DNA of 64,000 nt from Luteimonas sp. (lineage in GTDB: Bacteria; Pseudomonadota; Gammaproteobacteria; Xanthomonadales; Xanthomonadaceae), in assembly GCA_024707405.1 (NCBI GenBank), contig JANPZU010000006.1, forward strand, positions 53,164 through 117,163, given 5' to 3'. The notes beneath the pieces are model-generated. The model did no database searches. It had not been told where the DNA came from and saw only the letters and a program-made list of their open reading frames with translations. This document shows positions 28,574-41,370 of the stretch, in pieces; the stretch's first letter is position 1, and every line of letters starts with the position of its first letter. The translations under genes were made by a program, and so were the position numbers.

Positions 28574-28599
28574 GAAAAACCCCACGTAATCGCGGGGTT
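28574..28599 (-). terminator. intrinsic terminator downstream of tRNA-Met
   Basis: Minus strand reads AACCCCGCG-ATTA-CGTGGGGTT followed by TTT, ~39 nt after the tRNA 3' end. Confidence 0.55.
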
Positions 28600-28637
28600 A
28601 CGGTGCCGAGGATAAATCCGTCAGGCATGGACAATGG

Positions 28638-28714
28638 TGGTGGCTATGGGTGGACTCGAACCACCGACCCCAGCATTATGAGTGCTGTGCTCTAACCGGC
28701 TGAGCTACATAGCC
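28638..28714 (-). tRNA. tRNA-Met (CAT), elongator type
   Basis: Reverse complement GGCTATGTAGCTCAGCCGGTTAGAGCACAGCACTCATAATGCTGGGGTCGGTGGTTCGAGTCCACCCATAGCCACCA folds as a cloverleaf. Close to E. coli metT. Confidence 0.95.
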
Positions 28715-28845
28715 ATCGGCCGCATTGCGCGGCGAGCCGTGCATTTTCCCGGCATGCGGGGCCTGCGTCAATGTCGGGCGCCGCGGCTTGCCACTGTGCA
28801 GGGGCCGTGGCAGAGTCGGTCGCAGTAGATTTTGGAGTCCGCATC

Positions 28846-29448
28846 GTGATCGATCCGGACGGGTATCGCCCCAATGTCGGCATCGTGCTGATGCATCCGG
28901 ACGGGCGCGTCTTCTGGGCGCGCCGGGTGCGTCGCGACGGCTGGCAATTCCCGCAGGGCGGGATGAACAGCGACGAGACGCCGCTGGAGGCGATGTACCG
29001 TGAACTGCAAGAGGAAACCGGGCTGCTGCCCGAACATGTCGCCGTGCTGGGCGTCACGCCCGGCTGGCTGCGCTATCGCCTGCCCAGGAACGCCGTCCGC
29101 CACAACACGCGCATGGTCTGCATCGGCCAGAAACAAGTCTGGTTCCTGTTGCAGTTCACCGGGCAGGACAGCGACCTGCGGCTGGACGCGACCGAGAAGC
29201 CCGAGTTCGACCACTGGCGCTGGGTGGATTTCTGGTACCCGGTCGAGCACGTGGTGACCTTCAAGCGCGGGGTCTATGCCAGCGCGTTGCGCCATCTGGC
29301 GCCATTCGCGCGCCAGATCGCGGGGATGCAGGCGATCCCGGCAGCCAATGTCGAGGCCCGTCGTGGACGGCACCACCAACGGCCCAGGGGTTCCGGGCGT
29401 GGTGGCCAGCAGGGCGGGGGTCGGGAAGGTGGGCCAGGCGGCGCCTGA
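28846..29448 (+). CDS. rppH: RNA pyrophosphohydrolase RppH (Nudix)
   Basis: GTG start after [18 protein letters not shown] matches the RppH N-terminus. Nudix box [22 protein letters not shown]. Arg/Gly-rich tail. Confidence 0.9.
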   Translation: MIDPDGYRPNVGIVLMHPDGRVFWARRVRRDGWQFPQGGMNSDETPLEAMYRELQEETGLLPEHVAVLGVTPGWLRYRLPRNAVRHNTRMVCIGQKQVWFLLQFTGQDSDLRLDATEKPEFDHWRWVDFWYPVEHVVTFKRGVYASALRHLAPFARQIAGMQAIPAANVEARRGRHHQRPRGSGRGGQQGGGREGGPGGA

Positions 29449-29474
29449 ACACGGCCTCCGCTGAACGCGCCTGA

Positions 29475-29497
29475 GATTGACATTGATTCTCATTTTT
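29475..29497. promoter_or_regulatory. putative Fur box upstream of bfd
   Basis: GATTGACATTGATTCTCATTTTT is an AT-rich patch resembling GATAATGATAATCATTATC, ~40 nt upstream of the bfd start. Confidence 0.4.
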
Positions 29498-29538
29498 GGC
29501 GAAATGGTGGCCTTCGAGTCCGACAGGTCATCCGCGCC

Positions 29539-29751
29539 GTGTACGTCTGCATCTGCAATGGAGTCACCGAAGCCGACATCCGCAATGCGGCGGCGGGCGG
29601 CTGCGGGTCGATGGCCGAACTGACGATGCGAACCGGTGCCGGCGCCTGCTGCGGCTCCTGCGTCGAGATGGCCAGCGAGATGCTCGATGCGCACCGTCCG
29701 CGTGCCACTGCCACGGTGATCCCGCTGCCCATGGTCGCGCGCGCCGCCTGA
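29539..29751 (+). CDS. bfd: bacterioferritin-associated ferredoxin
   Basis: GTG start. VYVCICNGVTEADI...CCGSC is the BFD-like [2Fe-2S] motif. Confidence 0.9.
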   Translation: MYVCICNGVTEADIRNAAAGGCGSMAELTMRTGAGACCGSCVEMASEMLDAHRPRATATVIPLPMVARAA

Positions 29752-29856
29752 TCCGTGCGTCCGCGGCTGCGGACACGAATGCACCCGATTTTCGTTTCGT
29801 CATCGCGCCGACGATCGGGCTAGAGTCGTGTCTTCGACATCCGGCAGGGCACGGCC

Positions 29857-30333
29857 ATGAAAGGCGACAAGAAGGTCATCGAGTTCCTCAACAAGGCGCT
29901 CTACAACGAGCTGACCGCGATCAACCAGTACTTCCTGCACGCCAAGATGCTGAAGAACTGGGGTCTGGAGGAACTGGCCAAGCACGAGTACGAAGAGTCC
30001 ATCGACGAGATGAAGCATGCCGATACACTGGCCGAGCGCATCCTGTTCCTCGAAGGGCTGCCGAATTTCCAGGCGCTGGGCAAGCTGAAGATCGGCGAGA
30101 ACCCGGTCGAGATCCTGCGCTGCGACCTGGCGCTGGAGATGGAAGGCATCCCGTTGCTGCGCGATGCGATTGCGCATTGCGAAACGGTGGGCGACTACGT
30201 CAGCCGCAAGCTGCTGTCTGACATCCTCGACAACGAGGAGGAGCACGTGGACTGGATCGAGACCCAGCTCGACCTGGTTGAGCGCGTGGGCGAGCAGAAT
30301 TACCTGCAGAGCAAGATCGAAGGCGACGACTGA
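29857..30333 (+). CDS. bfr: bacterioferritin
   Basis: [31 protein letters not shown]...[12 protein letters not shown]. 158 aa, canonical Bfr. Confidence 0.95.
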   Translation: MKGDKKVIEFLNKALYNELTAINQYFLHAKMLKNWGLEELAKHEYEESIDEMKHADTLAERILFLEGLPNFQALGKLKIGENPVEILRCDLALEMEGIPLLRDAIAHCETVGDYVSRKLLSDILDNEEEHVDWIETQLDLVERVGEQNYLQSKIEGDD

Positions 30334-30359
30334 TCCCGGGTCGTGATCCTCGCCATGCG

Positions 30360-30387
30360 AAAAGCCCGCGCATTGCGCGGGCTTTTT
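30360..30387. terminator. bidirectional intrinsic terminator between bfr and the sensor kinase gene
   Basis: AAAA-GCCCGCGC-attg-GCGCGGGC-TTTTT. A perfect 8-bp stem flanked by A and T runs. Confidence 0.7.
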
Positions 30388-30418
30388 CGTTGCATGCTGT
30401 CCGTGCCGGCGCCTGCGC

Positions 30419-32935
<2,517 letters not shown>

Positions 32936-32936
32936 G

Positions 32937-35111
32937 TCAGAGCACCGAATGCTGGAAGTCGAAATCCAGCCCGCCCGCGGCCCGCTGGACGAGGTTGCCC
33001 TGGATGAAATCGACGCCGCTCATCCACAACGTGGCCGCGGCCTGCGGGTCTTCCACCTGTTGCCCGATCACCTGCAGGCCCAGGCGATGGGCGTGTTCGA
33101 TGGCTTCTCGCATTTCGTCGCGCACCTGGGGCTCGTCCAGGCTGGACGAATAGCGGGCCGAGAGCCGGACGAAGCCGAGCGGCAGTTGCGCCAGCAGCGC
33201 GCGCGCTTCGGTGTCGGGACGGTACTGGCTCAGGCACAACTGCACGCCGGCCGGCACCATCGCATTGCAGAACTCGTGCAGCGACAGCGCGTGGATGACG
33301 GCATCCTCCTGGCGCACGTCGACCACCAGCGAAGGCCCGTCGACGTCCTTCGCCGCAAGCGTCGCCAGCAACTGCGCGGCGTATCCGTCACGGGTGAGGC
33401 TGCGCACGGACTGGGTCACGAACAGCCGGATCGAGCGCCCTTCGCCGCGGCGGCGCGCCAGCGTGTCGATCGCCAGTTCCAGCACGCGCCGGTCGATCTC
33501 GTGCAGCAGGCCGGCGGCATCGGCGGCAGGCAGGAACTCGGCGGCGGTGTACAGCCGGCCGTCGGCGTCGCGCATGCGCGCCAGGGTCTGGTATTGCGCT
33601 TCATCGCCGCCGGCGACGGCGACGATCGGCTGGAAGGCCAGCTCGAAGCCCTCGCCGTTGACCGCTTCCTGCACCATCTCGCCCAGGCCGGCATCCTGCG
33701 GCACCTCGGGCTGCGCCGACGGTTGCCAGTCGGCGACGCCGGTGGGCGTGCTGCGCGCGCTGCGCAAGGCCTGTTCGGCGGCCGAGAGGGCGCTGGCGGC
33801 ATCGTCGAAGCCGTGCTCCAGCGAGACGAACCCGACCAGTCCGCGGAGGCGGAGGGTGTGTTCGCCGACCGGGAACGGGTGGCGCCCGAGTCCATCGCGC
33901 AGGTTGCGCGAGAAGGCGGGCAGTTCCGGCGCCTTCAGGTCGGGGGCGAAGACCAGGAAGGTGTTGTCGTTGAGTCGGGCGGCGGGGTTGTCGCCGACCA
34001 GTCCGCCGAGGTGGCGACCGGCGTCGGTCAACACCGATTCGAGCGTGGCGTAGCCGAAGCGGTCGCGCAGCGCGACCGTGCCTTCGACCTCGACGAAGAA
34101 CAGGCCGCCGGGGCGGGTGCCGGCGATCGAACTGGCCAGCAGCTGCAGCATCTGCGGCCTGGTGTGCAGCCCGGTGGACGGATGGCGCTCGCCGGCGGGC
34201 GATGCCGGTGCCTGCAACGCGCGCGCGCGACGCACGCGGTTCTGCACCGCCAGGATCAGGTGCCGTGGGCGCACGGGCTTGGTCAGGAAGTCGTCCGCGC
34301 CGATGTCGAGCACTTCGTATTGGCGTTCCGGGTCGGGGTCGCCGGTCAGGAACACGATCGGCGTGTGGCCATGCTCGGGGTGGCTGCGGATCAGGCCGGT
34401 CAGCTCGACGCCGTCCATGCCCGGCATGTGCAGATCCATCAGCACCAGGTCGGGGCGGAAGGATCCGATCGACGCCAGCACTTCGGTCGGCACCGATGCG
34501 ACCAGCGCCTCCATGCCGGCGCCGTTGATCACGCTCTCGGCAAACAGCGCCTGGCTTGGGTCGTCCTCGACGATCAGGATGCGGTAGGGCGCTTCGCCGG
34601 TGGCGTCCGCCGTGGCCTGCCGGGTCGCGGCGATGGCGGGCACCTCGGCCAGTTGTTCTGCAGTGTCGTCGCGCGGCGTTTCGGGTGCGGGCGCATCGGC
34701 TGCCCATCGCCGCCAGAAGTGGGCAGGCGGGAATTCGGCGCGGCTGCGGTCGTCGGCGGCGGACATTCGTGGAACTGTGCCGCCATGGGACGGTGGAGGC
34801 AACTTCTTTCTTGTGCGCTCCGTCGCAGCCAGCAACCTTGGTGCGAGTGCGCCCGCCGGAATCTGCCGGCTGCGTTGCGCGCTGTGCAGCGCGGACAACA
34901 AGGTGCCCAGCGATCCGGCCCACGGCAGGTCGAGGACGTTGGCCTTCGCGTGCAGGGCGGTGGTGTCGGCATCGAGGCCCTGCAGGAGCACAAGGTCGGA
35001 GGCGTCTTCGGCTGCGCGCAGGCGCGATTCCACCGCATCGAGATGCCGGTGAAGTTGACGCAACAGCGCCAGATGCGGGTGCTCCGCCGTGGCGGGCGGC
35101 ATCCCATCCAT
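32937..35111 (-). CDS. response regulator with degenerate GGDEF and degenerate EAL domains
   Basis: Receiver (ILIVEDD...LVLMDLHMPGMDG...KPV). GGDEF position reads RLNDNTF. EAL position reads QTLAR, and DDFGTG reads SQYRPD. The true start is uncertain. Confidence 0.8.
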   Translation of the reverse strand: MDGMPPATAEHPHLALLRQLHRHLDAVESRLRAAEDASDLVLLQGLDADTTALHAKANVLDLPWAGSLGTLLSALHSAQRSRQIPAGALAPRLLAATERTRKKLPPPSHGGTVPRMSAADDRSRAEFPPAHFWRRWAADAPAPETPRDDTAEQLAEVPAIAATRQATADATGEAPYRILIVEDDPSQALFAESVINGAGMEALVASVPTEVLASIGSFRPDLVLMDLHMPGMDGVELTGLIRSHPEHGHTPIVFLTGDPDPERQYEVLDIGADDFLTKPVRPRHLILAVQNRVRRARALQAPASPAGERHPSTGLHTRPQMLQLLASSIAGTRPGGLFFVEVEGTVALRDRFGYATLESVLTDAGRHLGGLVGDNPAARLNDNTFLVFAPDLKAPELPAFSRNLRDGLGRHPFPVGEHTLRLRGLVGFVSLEHGFDDAASALSAAEQALRSARSTPTGVADWQPSAQPEVPQDAGLGEMVQEAVNGEGFELAFQPIVAVAGGDEAQYQTLARMRDADGRLYTAAEFLPAADAAGLLHEIDRRVLELAIDTLARRRGEGRSIRLFVTQSVRSLTRDGYAAQLLATLAAKDVDGPSLVVDVRQEDAVIHALSLHEFCNAMVPAGVQLCLSQYRPDTEARALLAQLPLGFVRLSARYSSSLDEPQVRDEMREAIEHAHRLGLQVIGQQVEDPQAAATLWMSGVDFIQGNLVQRAAGGLDFDFQHSVL

Positions 35112-35213
35112 TCGTTCGATCCCCCTGGGTCGCCCCGGCAGCAGGCGCGGCGGGACATCAGGGAATTACGACATCCATCGCCCGGAACGGCCAGCCGCGG
35201 TGGCCGGAAGGCG

Positions 35214-35795
35214 TCACGGCACCGCGGTTCGTGGGCGGCGCCGGAACAGCTTGCGCCAGATCCACCAGACCACCAGGGCGAAGCCAACGCTCATCGCCAC
35301 CACGATCGCGAGTGCGATCCAGGGATAGGCAAAGGCCAGCCCGAGGGCACCGACCACCACCACGTCCTCGGTCGCCGAGGCGGCCCAGTTGCTCACCGGT
35401 TCGGGAGAGGTGTTGATCAGGGCGCGCGACCCGGACTTGAGCAGATGGCTGGTCAAGGCCACGCCAGCGCCGGTGGCGAGCATCCCGGCACCGAGGCTGC
35501 CATCGGGCGACAGCGTGGCCGCGGCGAGGAACGCACCAGCGGGCACGCGCGCCAGGGTTTGCAGCAAGTCCCAGCCCGAGTCCACGCCGGGGATCTTGTC
35601 GGCGAAGAACTCGGCGATGGCCAGTGCGCCGGACACGCCGACCACCCACGGCGAGGAGGCGGCCGCCAGTGCGGGCGGGAGGTCGAGCCAGCCCAGCATC
35701 CCGGCGATGCCGATGCCGAATACCGTCAGGTAGACGCGGATGCCGGCGAGCCAGGCGAGCAGCACGCCAATGGCGAACAGGTGGGCCTCGGACAT
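35214..35795 (-). CDS. DUF4126-like integral membrane protein
   Basis: Start at MSEAHLFAIGVLLAWLAGIRVYL. Motif AEFFADKIPGVDSGWD is typical of DUF4126. Confidence 0.7.
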   Translation of the reverse strand: MSEAHLFAIGVLLAWLAGIRVYLTVFGIGIAGMLGWLDLPPALAAASSPWVVGVSGALAIAEFFADKIPGVDSGWDLLQTLARVPAGAFLAAATLSPDGSLGAGMLATGAGVALTSHLLKSGSRALINTSPEPVSNWAASATEDVVVVGALGLAFAYPWIALAIVVAMSVGFALVVWWIWRKLFRRRPRTAVP

Positions 35796-35892
35796 GGGCG
35801 TCTCCGCAGGCCGCGGCGCGGCCATGAACGGCGGCAGTATATGGAGCGTGCCGGCTTGACGCAGGCTTAAGCCGCTGGCTATACCCTGCGGG

Positions 35893-36627
35893 ATGATCGA
35901 ACGCCCACCCGCCGAAGACACGGCTGCCCGATCGCCGGCCGAGACCGCGCGTCCGGCCCCCGCCACCCACCACCCCGCGTGGGGCTACGGCCTGCTGGCG
36001 TTGGTCGCCCTTGCCATCGTGTTCGGCCTGTGGGGCGTGTGGACGGTCGTATCCGGTTCGGCCGGGGTGCCGGTGCCCAAGGCCGCCGAACTGGAGCGAC
36101 TTGAGCAGGAAGCCGCCACCCTCAAGCGCTCCGACCAGATCAGCCGCGACGCCAACCAGGAACTGCAGGCTGCGCTGGCGCTGCGCGACGAGGAAATCGC
36201 CGGGCTGAAGGCCGACGTCGCCTTCTACGAACGCTTCGTCGGCGCCACCGCGCAACCGCGCGGGCTGACAGTGCACGAACTCGAACTGCGGCCGCAGCAG
36301 GTCGACGGACAGGTCTGGCACTTCGTGGCCACGCTCACCCAGACCCTCGACCGCGACAATCCCAGCGCCGGCCGGCTGACGGTGTCGGTGGAAGGCACCC
36401 GCGAGGGCAAGCTGCAGCGCTTGTCGTGGGCCGACCTGCGCCAGCAGCCCGAGGCCCCGGGGCGCGAGTATTCGTTCCGGTACTTCCAGCGGGTCGAGGG
36501 CGACATCGTGCTGCCCGAGGGCTTCGTGCCGCTGCGGGTGAATGCGCGGCTGGTGCCGTCGAGTGGCGCGGCGGTCGAACGCACCTTTGCATGGGCGGAC
36601 ATCGCGCGATCGCCCGCGGGCGGTTGA
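35893..36627 (+). CDS. conserved membrane-anchored hypothetical protein with coiled-coil
   Basis: Single TM ([21 protein letters not shown]). Coiled-coil ([15 protein letters not shown]...). G+C-rich third codon positions. No recognisable catalytic motif. Confidence 0.55.
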   Translation: MIERPPAEDTAARSPAETARPAPATHHPAWGYGLLALVALAIVFGLWGVWTVVSGSAGVPVPKAAELERLEQEAATLKRSDQISRDANQELQAALALRDEEIAGLKADVAFYERFVGATAQPRGLTVHELELRPQQVDGQVWHFVATLTQTLDRDNPSAGRLTVSVEGTREGKLQRLSWADLRQQPEAPGREYSFRYFQRVEGDIVLPEGFVPLRVNARLVPSSGAAVERTFAWADIARSPAGG

Positions 36628-36659
36628 ACTCGACGCATCCGCGCCCCATCCTGATCACC

Positions 36660-37031
36660 ATGGAACTGCTCGATACCGCCGCCCCCGGCTACCAGTCGCT
36701 CGACCGCCCGCTGGACTTCACGCCTGCGGCGGCCGGCAAGGTGCGCGAACTGATCGCCGACGAAGGCAATCCCGGCCTCAAGCTGCGCGTCTACATCCAG
36801 GGTGGCGGCTGCTCGGGATTCCAGTACGGCTTCGAGTTCGACGAGCAGCAGGCCGAGGACGACCTGGCCGTCGTCACCGAGGGCGTGACCCTGGTGGTCG
36901 ACCCGCTGAGCCTGCAATACCTGATGGGCGCCTCGGTCGATTACGTCGAGAGCCTGCAGGGCGCGCAGTTCACCATCCGCAACCCGAACGCGAAATCGAC
37001 CTGCGGCTGCGGGTCTTCCTTCACGGTCTGA
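36660..37031 (+). CDS. erpA: iron-sulfur cluster insertion protein ErpA (A-type carrier)
   Basis: [11 protein letters not shown] and C-terminal CGCGSSF motifs. 123 aa. Confidence 0.9.
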   Translation: MELLDTAAPGYQSLDRPLDFTPAAAGKVRELIADEGNPGLKLRVYIQGGGCSGFQYGFEFDEQQAEDDLAVVTEGVTLVVDPLSLQYLMGASVDYVESLQGAQFTIRNPNAKSTCGCGSSFTV

Positions 37032-37035
37032 CCCG

Positions 37036-37923
37036 ATGACGTCGCCAGCCTCGCCGTTCGCCTTCGTCGACGGCGCGCTGGATCGCGCCGAACACCTGCG
37101 CCTCGACGAGACCCGCCTGGCGGCGCTGTGGCCCGATGCGCGGCTGTTGCTGCTTGATGCGCAAGGCAATGCGCTTGCCGACGACCATGGCCCCTTGCCC
37201 GCGACCGGCGCTTCGCGTGGCGAGCGCGAGGCAGACGCGGTGTTGCTGGGCCTCGATGGCGACATGCGGGCGTGGTTCGCGGTGGCCGTCGATCCGCACG
37301 CTGCCGATGCTGCGAAACGCATCGACCTGCGCACTGCAGCCGCGACCTGGCACGTGCGCGAAGCGACCGCGTTCGCGCAGGCACGCGCCGTGTTGCACTG
37401 GCGCGCGCGACACCGGTTCTGCGGCGCTTGCGGCAGCGTGCTGCGCTACGAGCGTGCCGGCTGGCTCGGCCACTGCAAGCAATGCGGCATCGAACATTAC
37501 CCGCGCACCGATCCGGCGGTGATCGTCGCCGTCACCGATGGCGAGCGCTTGTTGCTGGGCCGCCAGTCCAACTGGCCCGCGCGGCGTTATTCCACGCTCG
37601 CCGGCTTCGTCGAGCCGGGCGAAACGCTGGAACAGACGGTTGTGCGCGAGGTATTCGAGGAATCGTCGGTGCGCGTGCGCAGTTGCCGCTACCTCGCCTC
37701 GCAACCGTGGCCGTTCCCGTCGTCGTTGATGCTGGGCTTCGTGGCTGATGCCGAGCCGGACGAGCCGCGCGCCAATGAAGAACTGGAAGATGCGCGCTGG
37801 TTTACGCGCGACGAGATCGGCGCGGCGTTGCGTGGCGAGACGAAGCACGAAGGCCTGCTGTTGTCGCCGCGGCTGTCGATCTCGCGGTGGCTGATCGAAT
37901 GCTGGTACGCCTCGCAGGCTTGA
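37036..37923 (+). CDS. nudC: NADH pyrophosphatase NudC
   Basis: Zinc ribbon CGACG...CKQCG. Nudix box GFVEPGETLEQTVVREVFEESSV. SQPWPFPSSLM motif. Confidence 0.9.
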   Translation: MTSPASPFAFVDGALDRAEHLRLDETRLAALWPDARLLLLDAQGNALADDHGPLPATGASRGEREADAVLLGLDGDMRAWFAVAVDPHAADAAKRIDLRTAAATWHVREATAFAQARAVLHWRARHRFCGACGSVLRYERAGWLGHCKQCGIEHYPRTDPAVIVAVTDGERLLLGRQSNWPARRYSTLAGFVEPGETLEQTVVREVFEESSVRVRSCRYLASQPWPFPSSLMLGFVADAEPDEPRANEELEDARWFTRDEIGAALRGETKHEGLLLSPRLSISRWLIECWYASQA

Positions 37924-37929
37924 TGGCGC

Positions 37930-39831
37930 TCAGGCTGCGTCTCCGCGCAACGTGCGCACCTTCGCTTCCAGTTGCTCCGCGGTAGCGTGGGCATCGTGGA
38001 TCGGCGCATCGGCCACCACGCCGATATGCGCACGGAAGCGGCGCGGCACGCGCATGCGGCCCAACCGCGAATCCTGCCGGCTCCACATGCTGCGCCACAT
38101 CCCGCGCAGCGCCATCGGCACGACCGGCACCACCTGTCCACGCGCAGCGGCGCGTTCGAGGATCTTCTCCACGCCCGACTTGAATTTCGCGATCTCGCCA
38201 TCCTTGGTCAATGCGCCCTCGGGGAAGATGCCGACGATCTGCCCGTCGGCCAACGCGGCGTCGATCTGGTCGAACGCGCGCTGCATCAGCGCCGCGTCTT
38301 CCTTCGGGCTGGCGATGGGAATGGCCTTCGCCGTGCGGAAGATCCAGCGCATCACCGGGATGTCGAAGATCCGGTAGTACATGACGAAGCGCACCGGCCG
38401 CGGGATGCTGGCCGCCAGGATCAGCGCGTCCATGTAGCTGACGTGGTTGCACACCACCAGCGCCGGGCCCTCGTCGGGCACGTGCTTCTCGATGCCGTGC
38501 AGTTCCAGCCGGTACAGCGCGCGCACCAGCACCCAGCTGACCAGCCGCATCAGGAACTCGGGCACGATGGTGAAGATCCAGATCGCCACCAGCGTGTTGG
38601 CGATGGCCAGCGCCAGGAACACCTGCGGGATCGTCCAGCCGAGGAAACGCTGCACCGCGATGCCGATGATCGCGGCGCTGACGATGAACAGCGAATTCTG
38701 GATGTTGAGCCCGGCGATCACGCGCGCCAGTTCGCCCTTCGGCGTGCGGCTCTGGATCAGCGCGAACAGCGGCACCACGAACAGGCCGGTGAACAGGCCG
38801 ATGCCGACCAGATCGAACATGATCCGCAGGCTGCCCGGTGCGCGCACGAACTCCGACAGCGACAAGCCCGCCTGCAGCGCGGCACCGGGACGTGCGAAGT
38901 ACAGGTCGAGCAGGAAAGCGCTGACGCCGAATGCACCCAGCGGCACCAGCCCGATCTCCACGATGCGGCCCGACAGCTTCTCGCACAGCAGCGAGCCCAC
39001 GCCCACCCCGACCGAAAACAGGCCCAGCGCGAGGATGTAGAGGTTCTTCGATCCGAGGTTGATGTCCGCGTAGCCGGGCAACTGCGCGGTCAGCATCGTG
39101 CCGACGAACCAGAACCACGACACGCCCAGGATCGCGTTGCGCACCGCCAGTTGCTTGCGCGCCAGCTTCCATACCGCGATGGTTTCGGGGGTCGGGTTCC
39201 AGTTGATCGCCAGCTCCGGCGCACCGGCATCGACCTTCGGGATGCGTCGCGCCAGCACGTTGCCGGTGATCGCCAGCAGCACGATGGATGCGGCCGCGAC
39301 CTGGAACCCGTGCTCGCCGAACACCTGGAACACCAACCCGCCGTAGACCATGCCCAGCAGGATCGAGATCGACGTGCCCATCTCGACCAGCCCATTGCCG
39401 CCGGTCAGTTCCTCGGGCCTGAGCACCGACGGCAGGATCGAATACTTCACCGGCCCGAACAGCGTGGACTGCGTGCCGGTGAGGAACAGCGCCACCAGCA
39501 GCACCGGCATGTTCTGCATCAAAAAGCCGATGGCCGCGACCGACATGATCGCGATCTCCATCGTCGTGGTGATCACGATCAGCTTCTGCTTCTCCAGCTT
39601 CTCCGCGACCTGTCCCGCAAGGCCGGAGAACAGGAAGTAGGGCAGGATGAACAACGCCGGCGCGAGATTGGCGTACAGCGTCATCTGCTCGCTGGCCACC
39701 GCCATGTACAGCAACATGCCGATGATCGACTGTCGATAGACGTTGTCGTTGAACGCGCCCAGCGCCTGCACCGAGAAGTACGGCAGGAAGCGGCGCTCGC
39801 GAAGCAGGGTGAACTGGCTGTGGCCGGACAT
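37930..39831 (-). CDS. MFS lysophospholipid transporter fused to PlsC-type acyltransferase (LplT/Aas-like)
   Basis: Start at MSGHSQFTLLRERRFLPYF. 12-TM MFS N-terminal part. C-terminal NHVSYMDAL (HX4D) acyltransferase motif. Confidence 0.85.
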   Translation of the reverse strand: MSGHSQFTLLRERRFLPYFSVQALGAFNDNVYRQSIIGMLLYMAVASEQMTLYANLAPALFILPYFLFSGLAGQVAEKLEKQKLIVITTTMEIAIMSVAAIGFLMQNMPVLLVALFLTGTQSTLFGPVKYSILPSVLRPEELTGGNGLVEMGTSISILLGMVYGGLVFQVFGEHGFQVAAASIVLLAITGNVLARRIPKVDAGAPELAINWNPTPETIAVWKLARKQLAVRNAILGVSWFWFVGTMLTAQLPGYADINLGSKNLYILALGLFSVGVGVGSLLCEKLSGRIVEIGLVPLGAFGVSAFLLDLYFARPGAALQAGLSLSEFVRAPGSLRIMFDLVGIGLFTGLFVVPLFALIQSRTPKGELARVIAGLNIQNSLFIVSAAIIGIAVQRFLGWTIPQVFLALAIANTLVAIWIFTIVPEFLMRLVSWVLVRALYRLELHGIEKHVPDEGPALVVCNHVSYMDALILAASIPRPVRFVMYYRIFDIPVMRWIFRTAKAIPIASPKEDAALMQRAFDQIDAALADGQIVGIFPEGALTKDGEIAKFKSGVEKILERAAARGQVVPVVPMALRGMWRSMWSRQDSRLGRMRVPRRFRAHIGVVADAPIHDAHATAEQLEAKVRTLRGDAA

Positions 39832-39916
39832 GCGCCCTCCCGATGACGCGGCGAGCCTAGCAGAAGCCGCGCCCGGGCCAGTAACATCCCCCGACCATCG
39901 GCGGCCCGGAACCACA

Positions 39917-41370
39917 GTGTTCGAACAGGCGTTCAAGAATATCGACGACATCCTGCACAAGGATGCCGGCTGCACCAGCGAGCTGGACTACACCGAGCAA
40001 TCGTCCTGGCTGCTGTTCCTCAAGTACCTTGACGCGCTGGAGCGCGAGCGGGCGATGGAGGCTGAGCTGGAAGGCCGCAAGTACGACTGGCTGCTGCAGA
40101 AGAAGTACCGCTGGGAAAGCTGGGCGGCGCCGAAGAAGAAGGGCGGCGCTTTCGATCACGACAAGGCGCTGACCGGCCCCGACCTCATCGACTTTGTCGA
40201 TGACCAACTGTTCCCCTATCTGGAAGGTTTCAAGCGGCGCGCATCCGGGCCGCAGACGCTGGAATACAAGATCGGCGAGATCTTCGGCGAGATCGGCAAT
40301 AAGATCCGCTCCGGCTACAACCTGCGTGACGTGATCGAGCGGGTGGACGAACTGCGCTTTGGTACCAGCGCCGAGAAGCACGAACTCTCGCACCTGTACG
40401 AGGCCAAGGTGCGCAACATGGGCAACGCCGGGCGCAACGGCGGCGAGTACTACACCCCGCGCCCGCTGATCCGCGCCATGATCCAAGTCGTCGACCCGCA
40501 GATCGGCGAGACCATCTACGACGGTGCCTGCGGCAGCGCCGGCTTCCTGTGCGAGGCCTTCGACCATCTGCGCAGCAACAAAAAGCTGTCCACGAAGGAT
40601 GCGAAGACGCTGCAGGAAAAGACTTTCTACGGGCAGGAGAAGAAGGGCCTGGCCTACGTGATTGGCGTGATGAACATGATCCTGCACGGGATCGAGGCGC
40701 CCAACATCATCCACGCCAATACGCTGGGCCAGAACCTCAACGACATCCAGCAAAAGACCAGAAGACCATCGTGCTGGCCAACCCGCCGTTCGGCGGCAAG
40801 GAGCGCAAGGAAGTCCAGCAGAACTTCCCCATCAAGACCGGCGAGACCGCGTTCCTGTTCCTGCAGCACTTCATCCGCATGCTCAAGCCCGGTGGGCGCG
40901 CGGCCATCGTGATCAAGAACACCTTCCTGTCCAACACCGACAACGCCAGCACCAGCCTGCGCCGCAAGCTGCTGGCCGAATGCAACCTGCACACCGTGCT
41001 CGATTGCCCGTCCGGCACCTTCCAGGGCGCGGGCGTGAAGACCGTGGTGCTGTTCTTCGAGAAGGGCGCGCCCACGCGCAAGACTTGGTTCTACCAGCTC
41101 GACCCGGGCCGCAGCCTAGGCAAGACCAACCCGCTCAACGATGCCGATCTGGCCGAGTTCGTGGCATTGCAGAAGACGTTTGCCGATTCGCCGAAAAGTT
41201 GGTCAGTGGATGCGGCCAGCGTCGATCAGGCCACGTTCGACCTGTCGGTGAAGAACCCGAACGGAGGTGAGGTGGTTGCGCAGCGCAGTCCGCGTGAAAT
41301 CCTCGACGAGATTGCGGCGCTGGATGGGGCGAGTGCGCAGGTGTTGGCGAAGATCAGGGCATTGGTATGA
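39917..41370 (+). pseudogene. hsdM: type I restriction-modification DNA methyltransferase subunit HsdM, frameshifted
   Basis: GTG start (VFEQAFKNIDDILHKDAGC). Motif I DGACGSAGFL is in the 39743 ORF frame. Motif IV LANPPFGG is in the 40549 ORF frame. The switch is at the CAGCAAAAGAC run (~40751). Confidence 0.85.
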
